Notes: a model not told the origin generated them from the letters alone. Counted from the stretch's first letter, positions 12,232-25,655 are shown. The stretch: 64,000 nucleotides of DNA from Balanoglossus misakiensis (GCA_040954595.2 CM082591.2:9937309-10001308), one strand, 5' to 3'. Numbers and translations: made by a program.

Positions 12232-13740
12232 ATTAGGTCCCATTTGGTATATGTATTTATACCATGGTACCATACGGGATCAGTTGCACCTGTATGTATG
12301 GATGTTTGTATGTCCATCAACATCAAACATTTGGAAACTACTGGCATTTCACATTGATATTTAATGTGCAGACAGGGCAGTAGATGGGAGTTTGTCTAAG
12401 TGAAGTTGTCATTGCCAAAATATGCAAATTAGCTGGGAAAGTGTCAAATTCGTCAAAACTTGGGAACTCAACAACTACTGGGCAAATTGCTTTCAAAATT
12501 GATAATTGGTATGCATGTACCTTATGGTATCCTCTCACAATTCTACATGTTGTGAGCTAATAATGTGAATTTTCTATTTTTAAGCATTTTTTTGTCTCTT
12601 TCCACATTGTCGGTAAAAACCTACTTTTCTGGAATTGATCAGCTGACTTGTTTGAAATTTATTATGAAGCTTCATAGGTGATCTGAGTTACCAACCATAG
12701 TTTTGTTTAAATTGTTGCAAAAAATTGCGTATTTATAATTTTGGAGCAATTTTTAGGTCCCATTTGGTTTATGTACATATATACGATTGGGACCTTATGG
12801 AATCAGTTGCATTTGTATGTATGAGTGAATGGATGAAAACCGCTGGGCATATCACTTCCATATTTAGTGTGTAGATGCAGGCGGGGCTGTAGATGGGATT
12901 TTGTTCAAATGAAATTGTCATTGCCAAAATATTACCTATGTAAATGTGAAATTGGTCAAAAGTCAGAAACTTGACAACCACTGGTCAGATTGGTATGTCA
13001 ATGAACCCCATACAGTCCTGTATGTTGTGAGCTAATATTATGAATTTTCTAATGTTTATTAATTTTTTTGTCTTTTTCCACGTTATTGGTAAAAAAAAAC
13101 TTCACTTCTGAAAGCGACAGTCCGACTCCTTCGAAATTTAGTATGAAGCTTCCTATAGGTGGTCCGAGTTACTATATTTTTGGTTCAGATTGTTGTAAAA
13201 TAGGCATATTTATAATTTTGAGCAATTTTGCCAATTATGGTCAGAATGCTTTGCAATTTGGTAGGCAGATTCCCAGGGGTAACCCAAGTAAGATGTCATA
13301 AAAATGGTTAAAACTGCGTGCTTGTGTTATTGGGGATATTTTTGGCAATCTTTGTCAAAAACTGTTTTCTCTTAAACCGTTCAAACCGTTGTCAGATTGC
13401 TTTGAATTTTGGCAGGAATGTTCCTTGTAGTGGTTGAAGTAAGATGGTGTACAATTATAGAGATTTTTGCATATTTGTGTTTTTGCCACTTTTGAACAAA
13501 TGTGTTTTTCTTTGAAACTGCTTTTTTGATGGCTTTGAAATATGGTAGGAATATTCCTAGGGGTAACCCAATTTTTTCTGATTGCTTTGGAAGTTAGTTA
13601 ACAATTTCATAACACATGTACATGTATGTGCAACTTTGATTAAATTCTGGTTGTCAATATTTAGGTAGTTTGTTGTAAATTTCTTTGTTTTTGGATAGCA
13701 AATCTTTTTAACCAATTGCTCAGTTTCTGTGAAAGTTACT
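12232..13740 (+). mobile_element. Tandem/nested HINE-like elements (taggtcccat...atgggacc family)
   Basis: The head motif taggtcccatttgg...catgggacctta, a (TGTA)n tract and a shared core recur at ~12234, 12754, 17030, 17528 and 19287. Boundaries are approximate. Confidence 0.55.
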
Positions 13741-13837
13741 GTTAACAAGGAGAGTTAGTACACCCAACTTAGACTTTTACACCCAACTTAGAGCTACTAT
13801 GACTGGTTACTAACTTCTATATCTATTTGATTCACAG

Positions 13838-13912
13838 ATGCTGCCTGAAATTGTCTGCATTTCAACTCGGGATTCTCTTCCTCGTCTGGGGCGAGTTTAA
13901 GACCGCTCAATG
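13838..13912 (+). ncRNA. Putative exon A2 (75 nt)
   Basis: Same branch point, acceptor and donor as A1, with 4 substitutions relative to A1. Confidence 0.6.
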
Positions 13913-15088
13913 GTAAGCATGACTTGCTGTATATTTGCTTTTATCGGGCGTGGCACAACCGAAACAATAGGAAGCAATGTATGTCTACGAACTAATTTAC
14001 ACCTTCCAGTTATCAATACGTTTTTCCTTCGAATTCTAGCCTCGATTGCCTGTGATATGATCATGATGACATGAATTAAATGGTCAAGTTCAAATCTTCA
14101 TGTGAAGCATAAATTAAATTTGGATGCATTTCCTTAACCATATAGCTAGAAATTACTCCCATACCAATACACGGGGAGATACCGTAATTTTGGCTGAAAG
14201 TGTGCTAGTCCAACACTATGCTTCATCAAACTGGCTAAGAGATCTATTATATATATAGACACATGAAGGAAAGTAATGTTGTTTATAGTGAAATAAAACA
14301 ATACCTTAGGCCACAAAGAAAAATATAGATCACGACACAAACAGGCTGGAGTTTTTTTCAAAAATGTGTGCATAAGATAATATTGGCCCATGGTAACCAA
14401 AGCCAAAGCAGCCCAGTTCCAAATTCGAAACTCGGCTCAGTACCAGAAACTTGCTCAAAGCTACCAAATGCACAGAAAGTTTTGAGAATCTAGATGAAAA
14501 ATCACCAAGCGACTAGTGCGCTTGTCTATGTTCAATGTGTCTTCCCTGGTAACAACATGTACTTCCGCCACCATGCCATGAGATATACTGACAGCCACGT
14601 TTGAAACATTTTAGTATACTGATATTCAAAGTTTAAATGTAAAGACTTACTTTTCTATAGTAAAATAAATGTTTTATAATTGCCAACAATTTACATTCTT
14701 GCGCTAATCAGTTGTATGAAAAGTGAGGTGGATCAAATGTAAGTTTCATTTTCACAACAAACATAAAGAAATCATTGTACAGTGTTACGTAGATGTCAAA
14801 GTGTGTGTACACCTGGCGTTTAGAGATATGATGTCAGTTTCACTTGTCACCTAACTACCATGTTTGTGGTATACCCATGTGGACCACTTTACTGCAGTAC
14901 TGATGTAAATGGAGTTTCAAGATCGCTGTTACAGATTTCTCTGATTCGTATTCCACGTACATTGTCGCAGCACAGTCTGACCCTATATTATACCATGTTT
15001 TGCATATTTTCACTAATTAGCATGGCCCACATAATTCTAAAGCAAGGTTGATTGGTTACTAATTGATATGCATATATTTGATTCACAG

Positions 15089-15161
15089 TCTTAAACACAG
15101 CATTTCAACGTATGCCGGAGGAGGAAGAGAATACCTAGGCCTGATCCAAGACCGCTTTCCG
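15089..15161 (+). ncRNA. Putative exon B2 (73 nt)
   Basis: Identical to B1, with the same splice signals. Confidence 0.6.
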
Positions 15162-15547
15162 GTAAGCACAACTTGCTGTATACATGCTCCATAGCTTGTT
15201 TGTAAAGGCTACCTTTTCCCATCAAATAGTGAAGTCGCCCTTTCAACTTACCAGCCCAAGCTAGCCATGACTTTACAAATGTTTCCGTCATACTATGCAG
15301 AAAATTCTGGCTGCCTTAAATAGGTTTTCACTTTGCGCTAGGGGGTCAAATCACATTGCATTCTGGGCGAAAAGTCCACAACCCACTGTAGTAAGAGATG
15401 GAAGAAATGATACATTTTGTGTATTTCATGCTTTGGTCAAACATGTCTGTCTCTGTAGTTAGCATATTAAACTCATTAAACTTTTTTCACATTTTGTTAT
15501 TTTGTCTGTTAAAAAGTTCAAGAATGACCCATTATCACTTTAGCTTA

Positions 15548-16326
15548 GGCTTCATTCACAAACACCTCTGGAGGGGGGGAGGGGAGAATTCAATTTTTTT
15601 ACTGCTAATTTTCACATGCCCCCCCCCCCGTACACAACCCGAAATATTTTCAAATCCCCCACCCCCTTCTGAACTGCCAAAATTTTGAAACCCCCCCCCC
15701 TCCATTTTCTTTCACAGAGCAAAACACATCACCTATCTATCTTGTAAAAAAGAAAAACAGCGCTCCCATGAAAAGACTTTGAAACTGATGTTTCCCCTCA
15801 TCAGTGGGTATTAAAACTGAACATGGTTTTTATTTTTTAAGTATTTGTATTCTGTGTTGGGAGACATTGTAAACCGAGAATTGAAGGGGGTGGGTGTGGG
15901 AAGGGGTGTCCCCCTCCCACGTAAGAAAATTTTATAAAGTACAGAGCTCAAAGCTGCATTTTTATGAACCCGGCAAAAGCAAATTAACTCAACTACCGGT
16001 ATGTTGGGGAGGATAAATTTAACCGTTGCCGCTCAAAGTTATCATGGGGTGGGGGCAAGTCCCCTGACCTGGGACACTAGATAAACCAGTCAATGATTGA
16101 AAGGTGTTGATGAATGGAGGGGGTGGGTGTGGGAAGGGGTGTAAAATAAAGGGCGCGAAACTGCATTTTTGTGGACTCAAAATAAATATTTAGTCGTCAA
16201 AGTTTTCAAGTCCCCCCCTTTCAGTCCCTAAATTATTTCACATCCCCCCTACATACCCTCAATTTTTTCGAATCCCTCCCTCAATTCTCCTGCCCCCCCC
16301 CTCCAGAGGTGTTTGTGAATGCAGCC
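15548..16326. mobile_element. 779-bp PIF/Harbinger-type MITE
   Basis: tta|ggcttcattcacaaacacctctggaggggggg...ccccctccagaggtgtttgtgaatgcagcc|tta. The empty site 'ttagcttatgaact' is at ~11408-11421 in copy 1. Confidence 0.92.
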
Positions 16327-17027
16327 TTATGAACTCCCATTTCTTTAACATGGCAAACATCGGCCATCAATTGTTGACCATATGAGATTTGCATCACTCA
16401 CTAAGGGTAGCTTAAGGGAGAATTGTATAGGCATGACTTGGGCTGTAAATTTGATGAAATAGCTACATGCCTATTGTTAACAAGCAGCTGACTGTACTGA
16501 AAGACTGGAAGTGTTGTGTACTTATTTTACATATTCAATATTTGTAATTAGACCATGTCATGTATATCTTGGGGATTGCTCGATCGCAATGTCTCTGCTG
16601 GTACAATGTCCTTTTAACTTGTACAGTAATATGGTAGTGATTGTAAGTTTGTGTGCGGCATTTGTAAATTATTTTCAATTTATAAATTTTTTGTAAGTTT
16701 CTTCATTCTCAAATTGCTTGCCTAACGTACTGCTTTAAAATTTAAATTTTTGTATGATTTTGAGTAGACTTTTTGTTTCAAAATTATTTTCGACACTTGA
16801 CATTTTTGGGTGATATGATTTTACATGGAAAATCTGATTTCCCTGTAATTCGGTTGACAGGATTTTCACCATATCTCTAAATCATGAAGTACGGTACATG
16901 TATCAGAATTGCATCAGGCCCCCAAAATTCTAGTCGCCCTTGGCAAGTAATATTAGCCATTGTTGTCCAAGGACGTTGAAGGTACAAGTGGTTTTTACAC
17001 TTACTATGTAGGCATTTTATCAGAATT

Positions 17028-20000
17028 ATTAGGTCCCATTTGGTGCAGGTATATGTATTTATACCATGGGACCTTATGGGATCAGTTGCACATGTATATA
17101 TGGATGTCTGTATGGATGTTTGTCTGTATGTCTATCAATATCAAACACTTGGAAACCACTGGCATGTGACCTTGATATTTAGTGTGGAGATGCAGGCAGG
17201 GCAGTAGGTGGGAGTTGTCAAAATGAAGTTGTCATTGCCAAAATATGCAAATTAGCTGGGAAAGTGTCAAATTCGTCAAAACTCGGGAACTCGACAACTA
17301 CTGAGCAAATTGCTTTCAAAATTGAAAATTGGTATTCCTGTAAGTTATGTTAACCTCACACAGTTCTATATGTTGTGAGCCAATAATGTGAATTTTCTAT
17401 TTTTTATGTATTTTTTGTCTCTTTCCACATTATTGGTAGAAAATCTTCTTTTCTGGAATTGATCAGCTGACTTATTTGAAATTTAGTATGAAGCTTCATA
17501 GGTGATCTGAGTTATCATAGTTTTGTAAGGTCCCATTTGCTTTACCATGGGACCTTATGATATCGGTGGATGTATGTATGTATGTCCGTCCACATCACAA
17601 ACTTGAAAACCGCTGAGCATATGACCTCGATATTTGGTGTGTAGATGCAGGCCAGGCTGAAGATTGGAGTTTGTTCAAATGAAGCTGTCATTGCCAAATA
17701 TATGCAAATTAGCTAGGAAAATGTGAAATTGGTCAAAACTCAAACTCAACAACCACTGGTCACATTGATTTGAAAATCAGTATGCATGTACCTTATGTCT
17801 ACCTCAAACAGTCCTGTATGTTTTGAGCTAATATTATCGATTTTTAATTTTTTATGCCAAAAATCTTTTATGCATTTTTTGTATTTTTCCACATTATTGG
17901 TAAAGAAATCATCATTTCTAAAAGTTATAGGCCTCATTCTTTAAATTTTAGTATGAAGCTTCTAATGGTTGTCTGAGTAACCAAAGTTTTGTTCAAATTG
18001 TTGAAAAATTTGCATATTTTAATTTTGAGCAATTTTGCCATTTTTGGTCATTTTTTTTTCTTTAAAACTGCATGCCAGATTGATTTGGTAGGCATATTCC
18101 TAAGGGTAAACTGAGTAAGATGTTGTAAAAATGTGATATTATATATTGTGTTATTGGAGAGGGGGGGGGGGGGGGGGGAGGGTTACTCAAACATTTATAA
18201 CACCCAGCAACTTTTGGTACTGGCAGTGTTTGTCCTCCAATGATTTCAACATCCTGCTAGGAATACAACCTCTCCTCAACTTCATAAATATAGGGCATGA
18301 CATTGCAGGTTTTTTTAGAACACTGTTTAAAATAACCCTCATCAAGCCTGTTAACGTATTTAGACAGACTATTATCCAGAATGAAACGAAACATGAATGC
18401 AATAAAAAGATCTTGTGCAATAAAAACCAAGTTGATCATAACAATTATTTGCTACGTACAACATGTACATCACTAATAGAAGTTATGGCTATAAGCATAA
18501 ACCTGTTTGTTTTGCTATCTTCACTATTCATGTTATCTGACTATATTAATACATTTGCAAGCATACTGTTTCAGACATAGCGAATTTGATAAACATCTAC
18601 AAATATATTTTTACCTGTTGAAGTTATCAAAATCCAGACACTTGACAAAAGTAGATTTTTCATCCCCTCTATAGATTGATAGTCTAACATAACAGGCAAT
18701 CTGTTTCTAACAACTGCAGAAGCCTTCATAAAAAGTTGTTGGCCAGAATGAAAGCTTGGGGGGACGTAGGATTTCCTACTTTTTAGGTTATTTTTTCTAT
18801 GGCCCCAAAAAGTTATGACACAAAATTGATGACCCCCCTTGGAATTTATAATCCCCCCCCCCTTATCATACCCTGTCCATATTCTTATAAATGTCAATAA
18901 ACGCCATACGGTCCTGTATGTTTTATTTTGAGCTAATATTATGAATTTTCTATTTTTATTGTTTTGTCTTTTACTGCATTATTGGTAAAAAAAATCTTCC
19001 TTTCTGAAAGCGATAGTTTTTGTTCAAATTGCAAATTGTTGTGAAATTGGTATATTTATAATTTTGAGCAATTTGTATCCATATTCAAATAAATATGAAA
19101 AGAAATTTCTCACAGATATTATTTACTTTGATAATACTATCATTCGTGCAACAACTAATCAATCAAACAGTCAATAATCATAAATTGGGAGTTCAAAAAT
19201 ATCTATGAGGGAGATTTAAAACCCTGTTAGCAACAACTATTTGCCATGTTTTCAGTATTAATGTTTTGTGTAGCTTCTGCAGTTTTTAGGTCCCATTTGG
19301 TATGTACCATGGGCCTTATGGAATCAGTTGCGTCTGTATTTATGTATGGATGTACTGTATTTTCGCGAGTTAAATTTTTCGCGATATCGAGAGAGGCCAC
19401 TGTTTCGCGAGTATTAATTTTCGCGTTCTCTTATTTCATTCACTGCATCGTTAACTTCAAAAACAATTGACGTGACTTTTTATTTTCACGTTATTTTGGC
19501 TCTCGCGTATTTGGCGAAAATTAATTGCTCGCGAAAATAAAGTGTTTTATAGTATGTCTGTCTGTTTGTATGGATGTATGTCTGTATGTCCGTCCACATC
19601 AAAAACTTGAAAACCGTTGTGCGTATCACCTCGATATTTGGTGTGCAGATGCAGGCTGGGCTGTAGATTGGAGTTTGTTAACATGAAGTTGTCATTACCA
19701 AATATATGCAAATTAGCTGGAAAAATGTGAAATTGGTCAAAACTCGCAAAACTCAACAACTGCTGGTCAGATTGATTTGGAAATTGGTATGCAAGTACCT
19801 TATGTCTACCTCATACAGTCCTGTATGTTTTGAGCTAATTTTGATTTTCTATTTTTGATGCATTTGTTTGTATTTTTCAACATTATTGGTAAAAAATCTT
19901 CATCTGAATCTAAAATTACCGTCGAATCATCCAGTGTGAGTTAGCACTGTAATTAGCAAAAGTTATAAATCCACAGTTACCCAGCAAATTTGATATAATG

Positions 20001-23000
20001 CTTCACATAGGTATTGGTTTTGAACATCCTTCAGAAAGGGTATGAATATTTTAAAATTTTTACTGTTGCAACCCAGACTAGTTTATTTCTGAATAAACAG
20101 AGAAATGACAACCGGATAGATTATTCTTCTGTACCAAAGACATATGCAGACACAAGAAATAGTCTGAACATTATCAGTACATTACTAAAACAGTGTAGGT
20201 ACATTGTACTATAAACTGAGGAAGATTAGTGACTATTGTTTGCCAAAAATTTTCCCAAGTCAGTTCTCAAGCATATCAGAATAGTAGCTTTGAGTAGCAA
20301 AGTGTGATGATTTAAAATGTAAAAAGACAACACCAATCTCTAGCTCTGCTCTCAGCACTGCAAAAGTTATCAGACAGGTAGATAGATGTTCAGTCATCCT
20401 ATGTCTGTCAACACTTTTCTTTTCTGAAATCACTGGTGCAAGTGCTTTCAAATTTGGTGTGCAGGTTTCTTGGGGTAGTGAAGTACTGCGTGTTCAAATT
20501 GTGTTGAATTCTGCATATTTGTAGTTTGGAACAATTTTTTGCTGTTTTTGGAAGAAAAAAGCTAAGCTCGTAGATTACTTTGACTTTGCAGGTTTCTAGG
20601 TATGATACAAGTTGTTTCTTCAAAATATGGTGAAATTTGCATATTTGGGGGGAAATTTTCTCTGAAATTTAGTATGGATCTCCCTGAGGTATGTGACATA
20701 ATCTGTAATTTTGTATTTTGGAGACAGTTGCCTTTTTATACAAACAAAAAATCTTGTCAGAATATGCATGTCTGATTGCCATGTCCACAGGGGTGATCTA
20801 ATTTTATTTACATTATAACCGAATCTGTAAAGTTTTCATAATGATCTTTAAAATAGGTACGTCTAATTGATTTGATGATTGGTATGAATTGTCCCTTGGT
20901 GATCATAGTCAATGCTTTTGAAATTCTGCTGAATATTGCATTATTATTTTGTCCGAGTCTGAATAGTAGTCATCTTCTCTGAAACCCCTTGACCTAAGTC
21001 AGGTGTCAAATAGTACAATTTGCAGATTTGTTGCATTGGAGATATTGTTGCAGTTTTTGAAATTCAAGATGGCTGCCAATGTCTGTGTTAACTCTATGGA
21101 AAAACATTTATGTAAATACTTTTCTGAAAACAAGGTGGTGAACATCACATTTTTGTTTACAAACAGTAATAGAAATAGCTATCATTGTTTCTTAAAATCT
21201 TAACTTGTAGGATTCTTTTTCAATCTCTGGCATCTGCAGAGACAATTAAACAACTCTATAAAAAGTCTTATTGCTTAGTACTGACACGAGGTGGTAAAAA
21301 GATGTGCAGCTTTTGACTTCTTACAGGCTTACACTTTGTTAGTAATATGAGTCCCTATTGGTATTGTGCTGGGTTTTTAGGAGCTTGGGCCCCATTCCCT
21401 GGATATTTTGTACACCTTGCTCTGAAAACCTGCCACACCTATGCTTCTTGAATTTGTCACAGTTGTCCTTGCCAATGAGTGTGCACCTTGAAATTCAAAT
21501 CAGTCATTTGACCTGGCAGCCATATTCAATTGAAATTTTTAAATTAATGCAAATTAGCTGGGAAAATTTGAAATTGGTCAAAACTCAGAAACTCGACAAC
21601 CACTGGTCAGATTGATTTGACAATTGGTATGCAAGTACCTTATGTCAACCACATACAGTCCTGTATTTTGAATAGTTTGAATGTTCTATTTTTAATCATT
21701 TTTTGCCTTTTTCTTCATTTTTGGTAAAAAATCTACTTTTCTAGAATTGATGAGACGACTTCTTTGAAATTTAGTATGAAGCTTCATATAGGTGATATGA
21801 GTTACCATACTTTTGTTAAAATGTAGGAAATTTGCATATTCATAATTTTGGAGCAATTTCGGCCTTTTTTTATTTTTTTTTTCTAAAACCGCTTGTTACA
21901 TTGCTTTGAAATTTATTAGTCATATTAGGGGTAGCCCAAGTAAAATTTGCATGTATGTTTTTCAAATCAACTTGATGAATTGAATAGTATATTTTTGGGA
22001 TGATTTTTGCCATTTTTGGTCAAAACTCTTCTCAGAACCCCCCACAGTACGTGAAATATCCCATGAAGCATTCTGATTTGTACAACCAGAGATTACTCGG
22101 TCAAACCAGGCAAAGTTCACATGTGTAGAGAAAATTGTAGACCACTAATACAAATTTTGAGAGCATGCTTTAAAGGCGAATGTTATTGTCAATTACCATT
22201 TCAAATGATAAACAAAATCATGCATTATTGAAAGAGGAGATACAAATTTTATAAAATAAGCAATTGCATAGCCAGCCGATACAAAAAAGTTTGAAGTAAA
22301 ACAGGGACACTTGAAACACTTGTTTAATCAAACAAAAAGATATTGATTTTTTTCTATTGACAGAACAATGGAAATTTACATGTTAACTTTCAACAGAGAC
22401 TGGCCACCTCAGTTAGTCATTGCTTCTTTCCTCTTAAGTGTGACATTTGACGTACATGAATGAATACTTTGATTTCTATGGCTTTTAAATTTTGATTTTG
22501 AAATTTTCACTCTAATTCCTCAACATAATTTTTCTAAATAAATCTTAATACAGTTATATGTACTTCATATCATTCTTAGTATCTAAAACAGAAAGTAATT
22601 AAATGGACAATCTCGATGATACAAATAATGGAGAATTGTGGGTAAAATATCGTACTGTTCCCCCTCTACCCCCACTGCTTTAAAATTTGATTTAAAGGGT
22701 TCAGGGTTTGTTCTCATGATAATTTACAGATTGATTTGACAATTGGTATGCAAGTACCTTATGTCAACCACATACAATCCTGTATTTTTTGAACTAATAG
22801 TTTGAATGTTCTATTTTATGCATTTTTTGCCTTTTTCCTCATTTGTGGTAAAAAATCTACTTTTCTAGAATTGATGAGTCAACTTCTTTGAAATTTTAGT
22901 ATGAAGCTTCATATAGGTGATATGAGTTACAAGACTTTTGTTGAAATGTTGCAAAATTTGCATATTGATAATTTTGGAGCAATTTCAGCCTTGTTTAATT

Positions 23001-23130
23001 AATTTTTTTTCTCTAAAACCGCTTGTTCCATTGCTTTAAAATTTGTTAGTCATGTTAGGGGTAGCTCAAGTAAGATTTGCATGTATGTTTTTCAAATCAA
23101 CTTGATGAATTGAATAGTATATTTTTGAGG
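17028..23130 (+). mobile_element. Patchwork of decayed HINE-like core repeats, including a ~400-bp direct duplication (21608-21998 / 22727-23127)
   Basis: Recurring motifs atatgcaaattagctgg, aaattggtcaaaactc, ggtatgcaagtaccttatgtc and aaatttagtatgaagcttc. Individual element limits were not resolved. Confidence 0.55.
19355..19552. mobile_element. ~200-bp TA-flanked MITE (Tc1/mariner-like) with (tt)tcgcg subrepeats
   Basis: ta|ctgtattttcgcg...cgcgaaaataaagtgttttatag|ta, inserted into a (TGTA)n tract. Confidence 0.6.
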
Positions 23131-23132
23131 GA

Positions 23133-23390
23133 TCAAATCAAATCAAATCAAAACAAACATTTATAAAGCGCCAGAATCAATAACAATGTTATTTCCAAAG
23201 GCGCTGAAAGTATAACATCAGTGTTCGTAGGCTTTGACAAATAGAAATGTCTTGAGTTTTTGTTTGAAAATGTTGAGACTAGAAGCCTGTTGAATGTCAG
23301 ATGGCAGAGAATTGTTTTGAGTCTGTACTTTGGTACACACAACTGGTTCCTTGAGCTGAAGCGCAGAGCCCGACTAGGCTTATATGATTT
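23133..23390 (-). mobile_element. 5'-truncated L2/CR1-group LINE 3' end
   Basis: The minus strand encodes YKPSRALR...LCVPKYRLKT and, after a frameshift, NSLPSDIQQASSLNIFKQKLKTFLF, a typical ORF2 C-terminus. A short UTR and a (TTTGA)n tail follow. Confidence 0.8.
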
Positions 23391-24166
23391 TCGATTTGAT
23401 TTGGTTTCAGGGTGTTTTCTCATGATGATTTACAAAACCTATGACTGTTTACTTTGAAATTTGAGTAGGAAGTTAATTGGATGTGTTTGTTTAGATAATG
23501 GAATCAAATAAAGTTATTCATTATTCACCTTCATTCTTCACCTCATTTCATTTATTGGCTGGTTTGTCTATTGTATCAGGGCAGAGTACTTGCCATCCCA
23601 CCCCACCGATACAAACTTTGAGTGGCAAAAGAAAAATTTGTCGTAACATTGAGTTAATTTGCTTTTGGGCTCACTAAAATGCAACTTTGAGCTCTGTATT
23701 TGTACAAAATTTTCATTAATTGGCTGGTTTGTCTATTGTACCAGGCCAGCATACATAAGATCAAGATGTTTTCGGGGCTGGGGGCATCATATTTTATTGC
23801 CTCTCTATGTGTGTGTCTGTCTGTCTGTACTCCTGTGTAGACATTTTCTAGTGTAATCACTAAATGAGACCACAGTGACCTTGACGCTGTTTTTTGCGAT
23901 TTTCAATGACCCCAGGGTAACCTTTGACCAGCTTTCATATATCTTGGTATTCACTGCAGAATACAGCCTTGGCATACCCTGGTAACCATGGGAACCGTTT
24001 GGGCCCCACCAATGGTGCTGGCAGCGTTAATTTTTAAATGATTTCTTCTTATCGTTTTCTTTATCAATGATGATGACTTGATCTAATCAGATTATAAAAA
24101 TAATTTCATTCTTTTTTTACATTAGGTTCTTTGGTAACACTGCTGCTGGTGGGAGTGTAAAATTGG

Positions 24167-24673
24167 TAACGACGCCGCCACCTAATACTGTACTGGATAG
24201 ATGAATGTAATACTTGTAACGACGCCGCCACCTAATACTGTACTGGAGGGATGAACTTAATACTTGTAACGACGCCGCCACCTAATACTGTACTGGAGGG
24301 AGGAACTTAATACTTGTAACGACGCCGCCATCTAATACTGTACTGGAGGGAGGAACTTAATACTTGTAACGACGCCGCCACCTAATACTGTACTGGAGAG
24401 AGGAACTTAATACTTGTAACGACGCCGCCACCTAATACTGTACTGGAGGGAGGAACTTAAACTTGTAACGACGCCGCCACCTAATACTGTACTGGAGGGA
24501 GGAACTTAAACTTGTAACGACGCCGCCACCTAATACTGTACTGGAGGGAGGAACTTAATACTTGTAACAACGCCGCCACCTAATACTGTACTGAAGGGAG
24601 GAACTTAAACTTGTAACGACGCCGCCACCTAATACTGTACTGGAGGGATGAACTTAATACTTGTAACGACGCC
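24167..24673. repeat. 50-bp minisatellite, ~10 copies
   Basis: Unit tacttgtaacgacgccgccacctaatactgtactggagggaggaacttaa, with some 49-bp variants. Confidence 0.95.
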
Positions 24674-24855
24674 AGATGATGCTTCTGTGACCAGAGGGAT
24701 GAACGACGCCATGATTTGTTGATCTGATCTAATTAATAATATTCATCCTTTTTTTTCAATAGGTTCATTGGTATTATCATCGCCGGAGGGAGTCTAATCA
24801 ATATCTACAACAACGCCGCACCAGATAACAATATCAAAACCAGAGGGATGCAGTC

Positions 24856-25033
24856 AATAGGTTAGGCTAATAAAAATGGTTTAATCTGAGGGAATGGTAA
24901 TAGGTTGGTGTATGAATATGTTAGGGTAATAAAAAATGGTATAATCTAACAGAATGGTGAAGGGTTGGTGTATGAATAGGTTAGGCTAATAAAAATGGTA
25001 TAATCTAATGGAATGGTGAAGGGTTGGTGTATG
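24856..25033. repeat. ~59-bp tandem repeat, 3 copies, leading into a C-poor tract
   Basis: aataggttaggctaataaaaatggtataatctaa..gaatggtgaagggttggtgtatg is repeated, and the plus strand stays C-poor to ~25430. Confidence 0.8.
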
Positions 25034-25457
25034 ATGACTAATAAAACAGTGTGCACAAGGGTACTATAACAAAACTGTCTGCAAGGGTATAATATTATGG
25101 TTTCAAGGGTATGATAAGTAATAAAAATACTATAAAATCATGAGTAATGCCACGTGGTAAATAAAAACTGTACATGTACAGAGGGTAAATACCGGTATAA
25201 TATATAAGGGTGTAAACATCAATGGTGTAATAATAAAAAATGGGTAACACAAGGTTTTGGTGGTATAATAATAATAATAAAATGGTATTAACTTGATGGT
25301 ATAAACATTATGGGATGTGTATAAATGGTGTTAATATTACAAAGGTATGATGATTAGTTGGGGTGTAATAATAAGAAACTTAAAATCATTGGGTAATTTA
25401 TTAGGGTCAGGTTGGGTATAATAATTGTTGCTATGCATTCGTGTAATAATTGTCTGC

Positions 25458-25655
25458 GGATTTTTTGCAGCATTACCCGCGTTCGCGTTCTTCATTGCAG
25501 GTCGCTCGTCGTGTAATGGAATTTCGCCGTGTGCCCGTTTGATTCGCCGATGGATTTTTTACAACGTTACCCGCGTTCGCGTTCTTCATCGCAGTTCGCT
25601 CGTCGTGTAATGGAATTTCGCTGTGTGCCCGGTTGATTCGCCGATGGATTTTTTG
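25458..25655. repeat. ~95-bp CpG-rich tandem duplication
   Basis: ggattttt..ttacccgcgttcgcgttcttcat...tgattcgccgat occurs twice in tandem. Confidence 0.85.

Larger units (their letters stand above)
7366..13789 (+). repeat. Copy 1 of a ~6.4-kb tandem segmental duplication (copy 2 ~13790-18170)
   Basis: Collinear homologous blocks: 7366/13790 (agagc..ctatgactggttactaac), 8310/14985, 11130/15255, 11520-12050/16415-16960. The right boundaries are approximate. Confidence 0.9.
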
